Source of the DNA: Felis catus
Lineage: Eukaryota
NCBI RefSeq assembly: GCF_018350175.1
Contig: NC_058382.1
Coordinates: 61,320,001-61,384,000, forward strand
DNA length: 64,000 nucleotides
Reading direction: 5' to 3'
The notes beneath the pieces are model-generated. The model saw only the letters and a list, made by a program, of their open reading frames with translations. It made no database searches and was not told the origin of the DNA. Position numbers and translations under genes: made by a program. Below, piece by piece: positions 1 through 12,505 of the stretch (position 1 is its first letter; every line of letters starts with the position of its first letter).

Positions 1-1
1 G

Positions 2-175
2 GCGCTGGCCAAGTGCGTGCTGGCTGAGGTGCCCAGGCAGGTGGTGGAATACTTCAGCTACAGGGAGCTGCCTCCCAGAGGCCTCGGCACCCACACCCAC
101 GACGCTGGCCCCGAGAGGGCAGGGCAGCCAGGAGTGCGGCCAGTCTCTGTCTCAAGCACCCTTGGGGTGCCTTAG
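2..175 (+). CDS. CPNE7: Copine-7, 3' part of the terminal coding exon (partial)
   Basis: Frame 2 reads ALAKCVLAEVPRQVVEYFSYRELPPRGLG...GVP*, the typical copine C-terminal LAxxVLAEVPxQVVEY. TAG at 173-175. Position upstream of DPEP1 fits CPNE7 synteny. Confidence 0.9.
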   Translation, partial: ALAKCVLAEVPRQVVEYFSYRELPPRGLGTHTHDAGPERAGQPGVRPVSVSSTLGVP

Positions 176-673
176 GCCCTCCCCCGCCCACGTTCCAGAG
201 CCCTCCTGTACCCCGCCCCCAGGCCCACCTCTAACCCTCCTGTGACCCTGCTGCCCAGACCAGCCTCTAGGGGCCCCCAAGGCTGAAGGCTGAACAAATC
301 CAGGCCCGGGGAACCCTGAAACAGGAGTCGAAGGTGTGGGGTGCGGGTGGTAGCCCCCCATGCCTGGCCCTGCCCCAGCCAGGCAGGTGTAGGGTCAGGG
401 GGTGGGGAGGGTTCCCTGAGAGAGCAGGAGGAGGCCCCAGCAGCTCAGCCCAACGCGAAGGGAAGCTTATGGATGGGGGTGGGGGGTGGTTCCTGCTTCG
501 CATCTGGTTCTCACAAGGAGGGGCCCGCAGCCTGCATCCCAGCTGTGGGGGAGACCGGGGTGCCCCCAGAGCTCCTGACCAGTCAGATTCCTCTTTCTTC
601 CTGCCTTCCTCCCCTGTTGCTTCCCCCAGCTCAGCACCCAGGCCTTGGGGTCCGCAGGTGGGGGCTTAGGCAT

Positions 674-679
674 AATAAA
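674..679 (+). terminator. CPNE7: CPNE7 polyadenylation signal
   Basis: AATAAA about 500 nt after the stop, followed by a GT/T-rich stretch. Confidence 0.75.
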
Positions 680-1094
680 GTGTCATCTTGTTCTCGAAGT
701 GCTTTGTGCCTTTACTGCCCCCTCCCAGCCCCCACCCTGGGACAGGGGGTCTCTAGACTCAGGTTCTCTGGGTCCTTCCTGGATGAGCCGCTCGAGAATG
801 CCAGGAGGCAGTGCTGCTCCTCCCCCTGATCCACTGCCTGGAATCAGCCAGGCCCAGGTGGAGAGGGGCCACCAGGCAGGAACCCAGGTGCCTTGAACTT
901 GCAACTCAACTTTACAAGGACCTACTATGCGCTCCATGCTACACACTCTGTCAGAGAAGGAGCACCACCTGTCAAAGCCTCCGGGCCCTCTGGGGGTGGG
1001 CTTCTGATTGAGATTTCCCCTGGAATATGTTGTCCGGGGAAAAAAAAACACAAAACTATCCTGACCCTGAATCTATTCTCTCCTACCCACTCAC

Positions 1095-1355
1095 CCATTC
1101 TCCATCCCTCCGTCCATCCATCTACCTGTCCCCCCACACATCCACCCTTCTCGCCCTCCATTTATCCACCAATCCATCCGTCTGTCCACCCATCCCTCCC
1201 TCCATCCCTCCATCCATCCATCCATCCATCCATCCACCTGTCCATCCATCCATCTATCTTTCCCCCCACACATCCACCCTTCTCGCCCTCATTTATCTAC
1301 CAATCCATCCGTCCACCTGTCCATCCATCTGTCCATCCATCCATCCACCCACTCA
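1095..1355. repeat. Degenerate (TCCA)n simple repeat with an internal ~30-bp duplication
   Basis: Runs of tcca/ccat; tccccccacacatccacccttctcgccctc occurs twice (~1129 and ~1261). Confidence 0.9.
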
Positions 1356-2859
1356 CTCTAGAGACCTATTTTTAGCTTCTGATTCATCTCCTGTTAGGGA
1401 GAGATAATAGGCTTTGCCATGGTAACTTAGCTACTGCTGAATTCCGGAAGGGACGATGTTGGTCTCTTTGGGGATGGAGAGGACACCGGAGAAACAGCCC
1501 CCTCCATCTACACTGGGAGACAGCAGGGCCATAGGGTGGGGGAGGCTGTGGGCCCCAAGACGGGAGGGTGTGTGAGCTGTGTCCTGACCCAGCCACTGAG
1601 TCCTGTTATGACTGGACTGCTTTAGTGGCAGAAAGCCTCAGACGGTTCAGGTGAGGCCAAGGGAAGTTGGTCGGTTCCGACCCCCGGGGGCACAAAATGC
1701 ACAGAGAGCCGGCTAAGGAGAAGTGGAGGGGGTCTGCGCACAGCCCCAAGGCAGCAGGGGCGGGCAGTGGCTCTGGGCCAGCGAGCAGGGCAGTGGAGGA
1801 AGGGTGTCATCTTGCTGCTGATGCCTTAGCAGACATGTAGCCACTCCCAGAACAGGTGAGGTGGGGAGGGAGCGGAGGCGTGAGGCCCGGCCTCTACCCT
1901 CCACCCTTCCCCTCTGCCCTTTCTTCTCCGGCCAACAGGAAGCAGGGAGCAGCTGGGGGCGGGCAGTGGGGGGGGGGGTGGGAGGCCTATGGAGGATCCC
2001 CTCCTGGACTGGAGGGAGGCAGGAGGCTGTGGGCATGGGGCCTGGCCAGCGGGCAGACTCAGCTGGGCACCTGTCGGAGGAGGTAGGGTCAGGACGGGGT
2101 CACCAGATCAGCCGACAGGACGCAGGGATTTTTACCAGTTAGAGCCCAACCTCCTCCTAGGCCTGAGCCGGCTAATGGGACTCCGTCCTGGGACTTTTGC
2201 TGACCTTTGGTTTTCCTTGAGTGGCTGAGCTGGTGGCATGGGAGCCAGGAACAGCTGGTGACCACTCTGCCACCTCGTGGGCTGGACCTACCTGGGGACA
2301 AAGCTGACACAAATGGGCGGGCCAGAGAAGTGGCCCTGTGAGCTCCCTCTCTACCGAGACAGCTGGAGCTGGGTTTCCATCGAGTGCCACCCCAAGATTC
2401 CGGCCCAGAGAGATGGCAAATACGCCCATCGCACAGACGAGAAAAGCAGGGTCCAGAACAGTTAAGTGAGTTGCTCAGGGTCACGGTTAAGGACCCACCA
2501 GCTCCAGGCAATTCCAGGATTTATGTCTTTCCACACATCTTCCATCAAGGGATGTGAGATCTGGCCCTGGACTCCAGACAGGCTTCCAGGGAGGGAACGT
2601 GGACCGAAAGCCTGCCAGCGCCTCGCTCTTGGCTCATAACAGCACAGGCCTGGGTCTCCTCAGCCATCGGAACCAGAAAGTGTGCATGGGCCGGGGACCC
2701 CACGGCGGGAGCCACCCCGGGCTAGGCTTCCTTCAGAAATTGCCTCCAGGACACTTACTTTTGGAACCGCCCCCTCGTCAGAGGAAGGACTTGGGATTTG
2801 CAGACAGAGTGTTAGCTGCTCGGGCACTGGCCCCGAGTCGGACTGGACGCCTGGACAAG

Positions 2860-3328
2860 TTACCTCGTCATCTGTCACACGGGTGTGTGACGGCTCGAAT
2901 TCCTTGGCGGCCCCTCCCACTGAGAGGTGGGGTGAGCGTCCCTTCTCCGGGCACCCGGGAAGGCTTGGGGTCCCATGTAGCCCTCTAAGGCTCGGTCATG
3001 AAAATGCCACATTCTGCTGCCTTGCTTCGTTGAGACACCGGTGCTTGGGACCCAGTGGCCAAGCTGCAAAGAAGCCCAAGCGGCCCCCGTGGCACCGAGG
3101 CCCCAGCCAACAGCACGCACGACTGGCTGGCTGTGTGCCGTGGGCTCCTCTAGCCTGGCTGAGACCCCCACTGCATCCACAGGGCAGGCTCTGAGCCAGA
3201 ACCCCCCAGCCCATCCTCCCCTGTGTTCCGGAACCGCAGAAACGGTCTGAATGCATCCATGCTTGTTGTCGTTCTAAGCCACCAAGTTTGGGTATCATCT
3301 GTTACGCGGCAGCAGGTAACTGACACAC
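2860..3328 (+). mobile_element. Old MaLR (MLT1-like) solo LTR
   Basis: 3' end ctaagccaccaagtttgggtatcatctgttacgcggcagcaggtaactgacaca resembles the MLT1 terminus. Left boundary approximate. Confidence 0.55.
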
Positions 3329-6300
3329 CCTCTTCACGTGGGGCTTGTGAGGACGGATGGGTGGCGCACAGGCCTCGGAGCAAAATGCCTGTTCAGTAAA
3401 CGAACGGCAGTTTTGCACAGGAGCTGGGCTTCTCTCTCTTGTTCTGGGGGACGATTGTGCCAAAGCCCATCTCTCTGATTATAAGCTTGCCCCTCCCCCA
3501 CAGAGCCCAGGCTGGGCCTCAGAGGCTAAGGACTCTGGGTCAGACTCCCCCACCCCAGGGCCCGCCCTCTGGGTCTCAGAACCGTGGGCTGGAGGGGTGG
3601 GAACAGGGGCAGCTGGGCATCAAGGCTGTTCTTTCTTCCGCTGCTGAGGAGAAGCACAGGCCGGGACTGTAAGTGCTTGTAATTGGTGTGGGGGCGGCAG
3701 CCGGCTGCCAGACGTGGCACCCGGGCGCCGTGGGCGACACCGATTTCCTTGTTCCCCGCCCCTCCTCCCACTGCACTGACGCGTGCCCCGGGCAGGAGCC
3801 CCTGGAGCCCTCGCCTGGGGCCGGCCGCTTCCTCCCGTCAAGGCCTGCCACTACCACGGGGCCCCCGGGAAGGGGACATTCTACTGGCCCGGGTCCTCAC
3901 CAGGTGGCCGCCTCTCATGAGTGCCATTTCCCCGAAGGGGGCCAGGCTCAGACAAGTGAAGCCACTTGGCTCAGTAAGCACAGCTGGGGCCGTGGAGCGA
4001 GTCCCGAGCGGGGCCTTGGCGCTGTTTCTAAGGGGCCCGAGCCGCGGTCCCCGGCCGTTGGCTCGTGTGTGAGCGTGTACACATTGGGGGGGGGGCATCT
4101 CTGTCCTCAGCTGCTTTAGCGAAGCGTCTTTCTGAGCTCCCAGCAGCACGCACGCTCGGGCCTCACACCCCCGCCCTTTCTCTGTGTCCCGAAGCCGGGT
4201 GGGGCCGGCCGGGCTGACGGCCACCGTGGGTCGCGGGAGCCCTGGTACCCTACTCACCTCGGGCATTTCTTTTTCCCGCCGTCCCCCTGGTGGAACAGCA
4301 AACATTTATTACGTGCCCGCTGCGTGCCAACAGCAAGAACACAGGAGCTCGGCATTCCGTCCAGGTGACACAGGCCGGCCGTGACCATGTGCCGAGGGGC
4401 GGCTGTGGGAGGCCACTTGAGGCAGGCTGCCTCCTCTGCCGTGCCTACCGAGGGGAGTGTCCGGTCCATGGGACACAGATACTCGGGGCCACCTGATGCT
4501 CGTCCTCTCCTCTCCTGTGGTGACAAGGCCCCAGATGCCAGCAGGGCACACAGTTGTCCTGATAAAGACCACCCGTCCCTTGGCACTGGCTGTGGCTCCC
4601 CGACTACACTTTAGCTCATGGCGTGAGGAAGAGAGGCATGCGCTACGGGTGTGCTTCTCCCCTCCCTGAGCTCCCATGGCTTGGATCGAGATGTAATGGC
4701 TGGAGGTCAGCAGCCGTCTTGCACCACAGGTGAACTTGGAAGTAGAAGCCATACCGCCAAGATTAAAAAGACAGGAGGGCCCAGTTCCTGGACACGGTCC
4801 TAAAACAACCACCACTGAATTTCTTGAATGTGAGAGAGAAACTTCAATCATCCATGTGACAGGGCCTAACGCACTCAGCATTCGCATCAAATAAGCTTCT
4901 GGAAAATGCCGTCATTGTCATGGGTGTTGCTGTAGACAAAACCTCGGAAGGGGCAGCGGGCTCAAGCTTGGTGGTCCGGGAAGACTTCCCTGAAGAGGTG
5001 GCGTAAGTGGAGAGCCGACGAGCGGAAGCGAGGAAGTTCTGTGGCAGTGACTTCACGGAGCCCCTTGCTGGGAGCCCTGCCCCCTGTGTGGGACCGTCAG
5101 AAGCTCTCTCCCGGCTCCTGAATTCTGTCTTTTCTCCCTGCTTGCTGGCCAGGGCCTGCCTCAGGCCCCAGGACTGCCTTCAGTGTGGTGGGTCTTGTCT
5201 TCCTCTCCTTCTGGGTCTTGGACCTCGTTACTGAGCATAAAGATTTTCTCTTCTTCTAACAGAGGCAATTTATGTTCTTTGTGGAAATTAGAAAATCTAA
5301 GTAAGCAAAAATAATGACAAAAATCACCAGCACATCCACCCCCACGGCAGCCATGGGAACACCTTGGGGACTTCCCCCACCGACTCTCCGTGAATATTCA
5401 CACGCTTATTCTGCACCAGAGGAGAACCACCGCCACTGGGGTGAGTGCTGCTTCATAACAGGACTGTGCTGCCCACACGCGTCACATCTGCCGACGCCCT
5501 TGATTGTGTCCACAGCCAGAGAGGAGGCGCTAGGACCCCCATGGTGCACGCCCGAGGACGGCGTGCGTGGGCAGCGCGGAGCGGGGGACCTAGGGCCTCC
5601 CCGAGAGGAAGGGAAGGACAGGACAGGCTTGCAACGGTGGCAGCCCGGGTGCCACACAGGGACCCCAGCTCTTCCGCGTCAGCATCGCTCTGATGGCCTG
5701 AGGGTGACCCTCCGACAGAAGCCCGCGGGATTCCTCGTCGTCCCGTCTCAGTGGCTGTGACCTGCCATCATAGGCAGACACCCTGAGTGAGCCCGTGCCC
5801 AGCTCCTCCCACAGAGGCTTTCACGGGTCTGTGGCGCACTGCCCAGCGGTGGACATCTGGGTCCTGCCCTTGCCTTTGGGGGCGTCATGGAGCACCTTGT
5901 GCATGCACACACTTGACACTGGGGCCTCGAAGCGTGTCCACGTTCAACGCTGCACAGCCTCGCTGGCGTCAGAGAATCTGTGGCCCGAGCGGCACGCGCG
6001 GGTTACCGAACACAAGACTCATCCCCATCCGGCTCCGGGGGGGCCCTTCCTTGTGGGCAGCAGGGGACCCGCCCCTGCACAGCGAGGTGTCCGGGCTCGC
6101 CGGGAAGGAGGCTACACCCGGAACTCCCCACAGCAGTGGATTGTTGGCAAGGGCAGGGCACCGCTTAGCCTACGGCCCGGCCGAGGCAGGGTGGGGGGCC
6201 GGCTGCGGCCACACCCCCGGGGTCCCCGAGGCTGAGGGCCGCGGCCACGCCCCGGGAGCTCTCTGGAAGCCCGAACACCGACCGTGTGGCTGTGCGTCAG

Positions 6301-7911
6301 GCCAGATGGCCCCGTGGTCTGGTCGGCCTGGCCAGTGTGGCCTGTCTGGCTCTGCCCGCGGGGCGCGGTGCTGGATGAAGGACTGCCCCGCGGGAGACTC
6401 CCTCCCACGTGTCGGGAGGGAAGGAGGACTCTGTTCCCAGCCAGCCCCGCTGACGTCGTGCGGCTCCTCCGCAGAGGGGCACTGAGTGGCTTGGGCACGG
6501 GACAGGAGGGGGAGACGCACAGCCGGGCAGGAGGCTGGCAGCCGGGACCGTGCCCACAAGCTGTGTCGAGCCTGCCGCGGACTTGGCACCGGCTGAAGGC
6601 CTCGCGTGGCCGCCCGGGAGCGGGAGGCGCCGCTGCCTCATTCGTTTGAGGTGAGAGGCCCGGCCGCGGGGCCCCAGGGCTGAGCTCGCACCCCTGACGG
6701 CCTCAGCTCAGCCCTGGCGGCTGGTGCGTTTGCCTTCAGAGGCCGCGGAGGGAGCACTCGGGGCTGGCCACCCCGCCCGCAGCAGGGGCCTGGCTCCCGG
6801 ACGGCTGGACCCCCAGAGGGCCTGCGAGACACCGAACATCGGAGACAGGAGTGTCCGGACCACAAGGACCGACCACGCACCTCGTCCACGGTGGAGGACT
6901 TTCAGGGCTGTCTGATAGACACCTGCCCGGTCCTCGCCCCGAGGATCAAGCCTATACATCCCCCCCGCCTGTGCACATGCGTGCGGGGCGGCCAGGCAAT
7001 GGAGGCAGACGTGAGGCGATTCATACTGTGTGGTCCGTTTACATGAAGTTCAAGGACAGGAGGTATGCGTGGGGGAGGCAAGGGGATGCTGGGTCTCGCT
7101 CTGGGCTGTGAGATGTGCGTCTCTCCACGTACACGTACCCGAGTTGACGTCACCTCGGAAGACTTCTCGGCGTGACGTCCACACGGGGAAGTCACATCCT
7201 GGGAGCAGAGCGGGCTCTCTGCCAGCCACGGCCCGGCCCTGGGTGCCCGGCTCAGCCCTGCCAGGCCCGCGTGGCCCGGTCACGAGGAGGAGGAGTCTGC
7301 CCGTTCTGACTCCTCAGCTGCAGCAGCGGGGCCTGGCCTAAACTCTCCCCTGGGAAAGCCGGAGGGAAGGCCGGCAGTGGCTGCACACGCCTGGGTACTT
7401 TTCCTCCAGGGTTCCCTCCTGCCCGGTGCTCTGTGGAAGCTCCTGGAGGCCTGGGGCCCCGCGCAGGGTCGGCCTGGACAGTCTCCGCTCAGGGTGGTCC
7501 AGCCGGGAGCCTGGCCACCCTCAGCGGTGGGCCAAAGACCAGGGACACGGTGGCTCCTGCCTCTTGTGGCCCAGTGCCCGGGGAGCGCTCTTAGCGCTAG
7601 GCTGGTGCACACCTGCGGTGGTGTTAGGACCCCGACTTTGTGGGGTTTTGACTATGGTCTCTCGGGGCCTTAGCCCTTCATCCTGGGGAGGCAGGGGTGC
7701 AGATAGGTGCTCTTGGCTCTCGGCTCGTCCCTCCCGACATACAAACCGCTGCCCTGCACAGATTCCCTCACACCGGTGAGGCACTGAACGCGGACAATCT
7801 TTGAGGCCCCAGCGGTGTGCACGCGTGTGCAAGCAGAAGGTGCTCCTGTAAATAATGCTGCTGTCAACGCGGGCGTGCGGATACCTCTTTAAGATGGTGA
7901 TTTCATTTCCT

Positions 7912-8085
7912 GGGGCGCCTGGGTGTCTCGGTTGGTTGGGTGCCCAACTGTCGATTTAGGTTCAGGTCGTGACCTCGAGGTTCACGGGCTCGAGCCCTGC
8001 ATCAGGCTCTGTGCTGACGGCGTGCTCCCTCTGTGTAGTCCCTCCCCTGCTTATGCTGGCTCTCTCTCTCTCTCAAAACTAAATT
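7912..8085 (+). mobile_element. CAN-SINE (tRNA-derived carnivore SINE)
   Basis: ggggcgcctgggtg head, (CT)n tract, A-rich tail. Confidence 0.85.
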
Positions 8086-8088
8086 GAC

Positions 8089-8308
8089 TTTTTTTTTTAA
8101 ACGTCTATTTATTTATTTGGGGAGAGAAAAAGACAAAAAGTGTGCTCGCTAGTGGGGGACGGGCAGAGAGAGAGGGAGGGAGACAGAATCCCAGGCAGGC
8201 TCTACGCTGTCAGCGCAGAGCCGGACGCGGGGTCAAGTTCACGAACGGTGAGATCATGAGCTGAAATGGAGCGATGGACGCTTAACCGACTGAGCCCCCA
8301 GGCGCCCC
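8089..8308 (-). mobile_element. CAN-SINE, tail-to-tail with the previous copy
   Basis: T-run/tttatttattt, (AG)n, ends ...caggcgcccc. Confidence 0.9.
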
Positions 8309-8319
8309 TGTGCCTGCTT

Positions 8320-8660
8320 TAATGTTTTTCAGCGACATACAGCTCTTTTAGCACGTCCATTAAGCGAATTCCTAAGTATTTTTTATGCTATTGTAAATAA
8401 AACTATTTTTGTAATTTCCTTTTCAGGTTTTTCCGTGTTAGTGCCTAGAATGCCACAGAGTTTTGTGCATTGGTGTTGGATCCTGCTACTTTGCTGAATT
8501 CACTTTTTAGTTCTAACAGTCAGAAATACGTTTCCTCAACTTCCACTTGCCCAATGCAAGGGGTAACTTTTATCCCACGTCCTCGATTACTGCGGAGTGG
8601 GAAGAGGCGGGTCCATCCTCCTGCTGTGGAAACGCCCTCCCTGAGGCTCCCCCTGGCACT
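8320..8660 (-). mobile_element. Ancient L1 (L1M-type) fragment
   Basis: T-rich antisense L1-like motifs (cctaagtattttttatgctattgtaaat; gatcctgctactttgctgaattcactt). Confidence 0.55.
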
Positions 8661-8904
8661 CTGACTTCTGGCCCCCATGTCTTTGCCTCTGTTTCCTCTG
8701 CCCACTTCTCTGGCTGGGGGTCCTGGACTCTCTTTAGCTTTCTGGCCCCACACCCTCGGCAACGTCTGTACTGTGATGACTTCTGCATCTATAGTGATAA
8801 CAAAGGCACCTCTTGTTTTGCTGCCTGGCCCTTTGCTAATTGCTGTGTATACTATCTCATTTAACCCATTCCTCAAACCCGGGGAAGCATGTGTCCTCAG
8901 CACT

Positions 8905-9005
8905 ATTTTCAAGTGAGGAAACTGACTCAGCAGGGTTAAAGTTCTCGTGCAGGCTCTCACTGATAGTAAATGATAAAGCTGGGGTTTGACCGAGGCCTGG
9001 GTGAC
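8905..9005. mobile_element. MIR fragment
   Basis: Core motif gaggaaactgactcagcagggttaaag...gctggggtttgacc. Confidence 0.55.
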
Positions 9006-9058
9006 CCACAAGCTGTTTTCACAATCAGTCTGTGCTCCAGCTCGGATGCCACATTTCT

Positions 9059-9289
9059 TTTTTTTTTTTTATTGTTTTTTTAACGTTTATTCATTTTTTG
9101 AGAGATGGAGAGAGACAGAGCATGAGTAGGGGAAGGATGAGAGGGAGACACAGAATCCGAAGCAGGCTCCAGGCTCTGAGCTGTCAGCACAGAGCCCGAC
9201 GCGGGGCTCGAAGCCATGGACTGCGAGATCATGACCTGAGCCAAAACCAAAAGTCGGACGCTTAACCGACTGAGCCACCCGGGTGCCCC
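9059..9289 (-). mobile_element. Felid CAN-SINE with 17-bp TSD
   Basis: Full body; TSD tcggatgccacatttct at 9042-9058 and 9290-9306. Confidence 0.95.
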
Positions 9290-9600
9290 TCGGATGCCAC
9301 ATTTCTAACTGCCTAATGGAGGTACATGTGTGAGCACTTCAGACTGAATCCCCCCAATCTGGTCTATATACTTTGGGCTTTGCCTCCTACTCAGTCTTCA
9401 AAGTTGTGACTGTTCATCTCTCCTGCTGTCTTCCACTGCACCCTGTCGTGTTCAGACTACCTAGAGCACTGCCCCAGCTCTGACTCTGTCACTGCTGACT
9501 CACTTCCTGATCCCCAACTCGTCTCCCACCGCTGGTCTTCCCTCAAATTGTTTGGTCCTGCTCTCCAATTTCAGCCTTATTTTTTGAAATAATAAATTCT

Positions 9601-9829
9601 GAGGCACCTGGGTGGCTCAGTCGGTGGAGCGTCCGACTTTGGCTCAGCTCACGATCTCGCGGTCTGTGAATTCGAGCCCCGCGTCGGACTCTGTGCTGAC
9701 GTCTCGGAGCCTGGAGCTGCTTCGGGTTCTGTGTCTCCCCCTCTCTCTGCCCCTCCCCCGCTCATGCTCTGTCTCTCTCTCTCTCTCAGAAATAAACATT
9801 TAAAAAATGTAAAAAAAAAAAAAAAAAAA
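9601..9829 (+). mobile_element. Felid CAN-SINE
   Basis: Full body with polyA; TSD aataaattct at 9591-9600 and 9831-9840. Confidence 0.95.
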
Positions 9830-10410
9830 GAATAAATTCTGCCATTAAAAAAAAAGAAATACAGTTTCCCCTCAGACCCAGCAGACGTGCAAGCACACAC
9901 ACACCCAGACACACGCACACACACTCGCTCCACATGTCACATGCTTGGGCACTGTTAAGCCGAGTCAAGTCGAGTCAAGTCTAATCTTTTTTTTTTCAAA
10001 TACCAGTCGGGGCCTGTTTCACTAATTTTATGATCCACCACTAGGCCTCAAACCACAATTTAAAAAAAAAAGCCGTATTAAGATATCCAGTGATGTCATA
10101 GGGAATGACTGTGAATATGCCCATTGGTAGGGCATGGCCTCAAAATGGAGGCCCAGCTGCATCATGAGCTGAGCTCACTGGTACAAAAGCATGAGTTTAC
10201 AGTGAGTCTGTCTAAGTGTCGATAGGGAAGGACGTCAAAGATCGAGCATTAAGTGAAAAAACCCAACATGGAGGGCAGCAAGTATAATATGGTCCTGAGG
10301 AAACACATGTGGGGTCCCACAAGAATGTTCTGGAATCATGCACAAGGGAGGGCTGCGGCTTTACCTCCCCCTGTGTTGCCTGCATATTTTAACTATCCAT
10401 GTATTAATTT

Positions 10411-10624
10411 TGTTATTTATTTGTTTGTTTTTCTAAGTCTATTTATTTATTTTGAGAGAGAACACGAGTTGGGGAGGGGCAGAGAGAGAGAGAGAATCCC
10501 AAGCAGGCTCTGAGCTGTCAGCACAGAGCCCGACGTGGGGCTCGACCTCAGGAACTGTGAGATCATGGCCTGAGCTGAAATCAAGAGTCAGACGCGTAAC
10601 CGACTGAGCCCCCCGGGGCGCCCC
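10411..10624 (-). mobile_element. CAN-SINE
   Basis: Body plus near-perfect TSD ccatgtattaattt / ccatgcattaattt. Confidence 0.9.
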
Positions 10625-10829
10625 CGCCATGCATTAATTTTATAATTAAAACGGAAAGTAAAAGTGAATGGTCTCTCTGTGGCTCTGACACCCTGAGAGG
10701 AGCAGAGAAGCCCGGCGATGCTCTCGGGGGTCTCGCCCCTGTACCCCCAGAGCCCCCTGGGGTTCGGCAGGGCCCCCCAGGGTTCGGCAGGCGCAGGGCC
10801 GCCCCTCCACGGGAAAGACTGATAGACAC

Positions 10830-11191
10830 GGGGAAGGCGCAGCCATGTTGTGATGTTGAGTCACAGGGTCAGGGAGGCTCCGGGGGAGAGTCTGTTCCTG
10901 CCTTTCGGAGCTTCTGGGGGCAGCACGTCCCCGGCCCGTGGCATCTCTTCCACGTTCACGGCCAGCCGTCTCCGCAGGTCTGTCTGACCTCTGCTTCCAC
11001 GGCCACACCTCCCCTTCTGAGACACCTGCCTCCTTCCTATAAAACCCTGATGCCACCGGCCTCCCCCCGATAATCCGGGTCACCGCTCATCTCAAAACCC
11101 TTAATCGTGGCTGCCAAGCCCCTTTTGCCAAATGAGGCAACAAACGGGTATTAGGACGTGGACGTCTTGAGGCCGCCATTCAGCCGACCAC
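10830..11191 (-). mobile_element. MaLR (MLT1B/C-like) solo LTR
   Basis: Ends ggtattaggacgtggacgtcttgaggccgccattcagccgaccaca, the reverse complement of the MLT1 5' end TGTGG...; left boundary approximate. Confidence 0.65.
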
Positions 11192-12297
11192 AGAGAGGAG
11201 GGGAGAGGGGCTGGGGCCGGGCTGTCTCTGCAGGAGCAGGGGCCGAAGCACCCCAAAGGCCGCGGGGTGGGGGGTGGGGGGCGCAAGGACGCGGCTGGTT
11301 CCCGAGCAGGGGCAGAGGGTGTCGCTGAGCTGGAAAGCGCGGGGCCTTCTCAGACTGGCGCTCCAGCTCCCACACAGGCTTTGCCTCCATCATTCGCGGA
11401 CTTCCTTTTCCGAGCAGAAGTGTCCTTTCAACCCCTCAGGAGGTAAAGAGCCCTGGGAGGCCCCCGCAGGGATGGGGAGCCCGTGGACCCACGGCTGTGC
11501 CGCCTGGGGCTGGCTGGGTGCCCACGCTCCTTCCATGCCTTCGGCTCTGCAGGCAGCCCGCCAGTTTCCTTCTGGAAGTGGGGGCTGTGGCCGGAGTCAC
11601 GGCTGGCTCGACGCTCGTGCGTGCCCACCCGCCGTGGTCGTGGCAAGTCCCGCAAAGGGGACTACCTGCCTGCACCTCGTGCCGGGACTGAGGTCCGAGG
11701 CAGCAGCGCTCCAAAACGCTGTGCTGTGGTTGGTTAGCGTCTGAACAAGCTGTGACTTGGCCGGGACGCCAGCTGGGCGCCCACATCTCAGGGAGGCCTT
11801 GGGTGGAATCCTGTCGGGGCCCCGGTCTGAGACAAGAGCTGCACCCGGTGTGGGGCACAGCTCTGCCACCCAACGAGTTCCCAGACCGCGGCCCTTCGGG
11901 CAGACGCTCTTACCCCCTCCCCCATTTCAGAGGCGAGGAGATTGAGGCAGAAAGCGGGTAAATGTTGCCCCAGTTCTAGAGTCCACCCCAGGAGAGCCGA
12001 GCCGCAGGCTGGGGGACAGCCTGTCAGGTAGAGGAAATAGCACGGGCCAAGGTCTTGGGGAGGAGGAGGAAGCCTATTCAAGGACCAGGGCGGCGGGTGG
12101 CAGGGGGGTGGGAGGGGCGCTTCTGGGACGAGGGCCATTCCCATTATAGTTTGTGCTGAGGTCTGAAGGACAAGCCACGTGGACAGAGCCCCCACAGGGC
12201 AAGATGGAAAAGTGGAGCTTTAAATGTTGACTCCCAAAGTTGAACACATCCCAAACATAGACAACGTAATGGCATCAGTCAAAGGTATTTCAGGAGC

Positions 12298-12505
12298 GGG
12301 GCGCCTGGGGGGCTCCGTCGGTTGGGCGGCCGACTTCGGCTCAGGTCATGACCTCCCGGTTTGTGGGTTGGAGCCCCGCGTCGGGCTCTGCGCTGACAGC
12401 TCAGAGCTGGGAACCTGCTTCGGATTCTGTGTCTCCCCCTCTCTCTGCCCCTCCCCTGCTCATGCTCTGTATCTCTCAATAATAAATGAACATTAAAAAA
12501 AAAAA
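12298..12505 (+). mobile_element. Felid CAN-SINE
   Basis: Body plus polyA; TSD-like gtatttcagga on both sides. Confidence 0.92.

Noticed and set aside
893..1407. His/Pro/Ser-rich ORFs (HPSIHPS...)
   Set aside because: They are translations of the (TCCA)n simple repeat.
1797..1808. RKGV on + strand, resembling the sulfotransferase RKG motif
   Set aside because: No GxxGxW continuation, a stop follows within a few codons, and no other SULT motif is nearby.
5787..6649. Several long overlapping ORFs (up to 232 aa)
   Set aside because: Non-ATG starts, GC-driven Pro/Gly/Arg/Ala composition and no recognisable domain.
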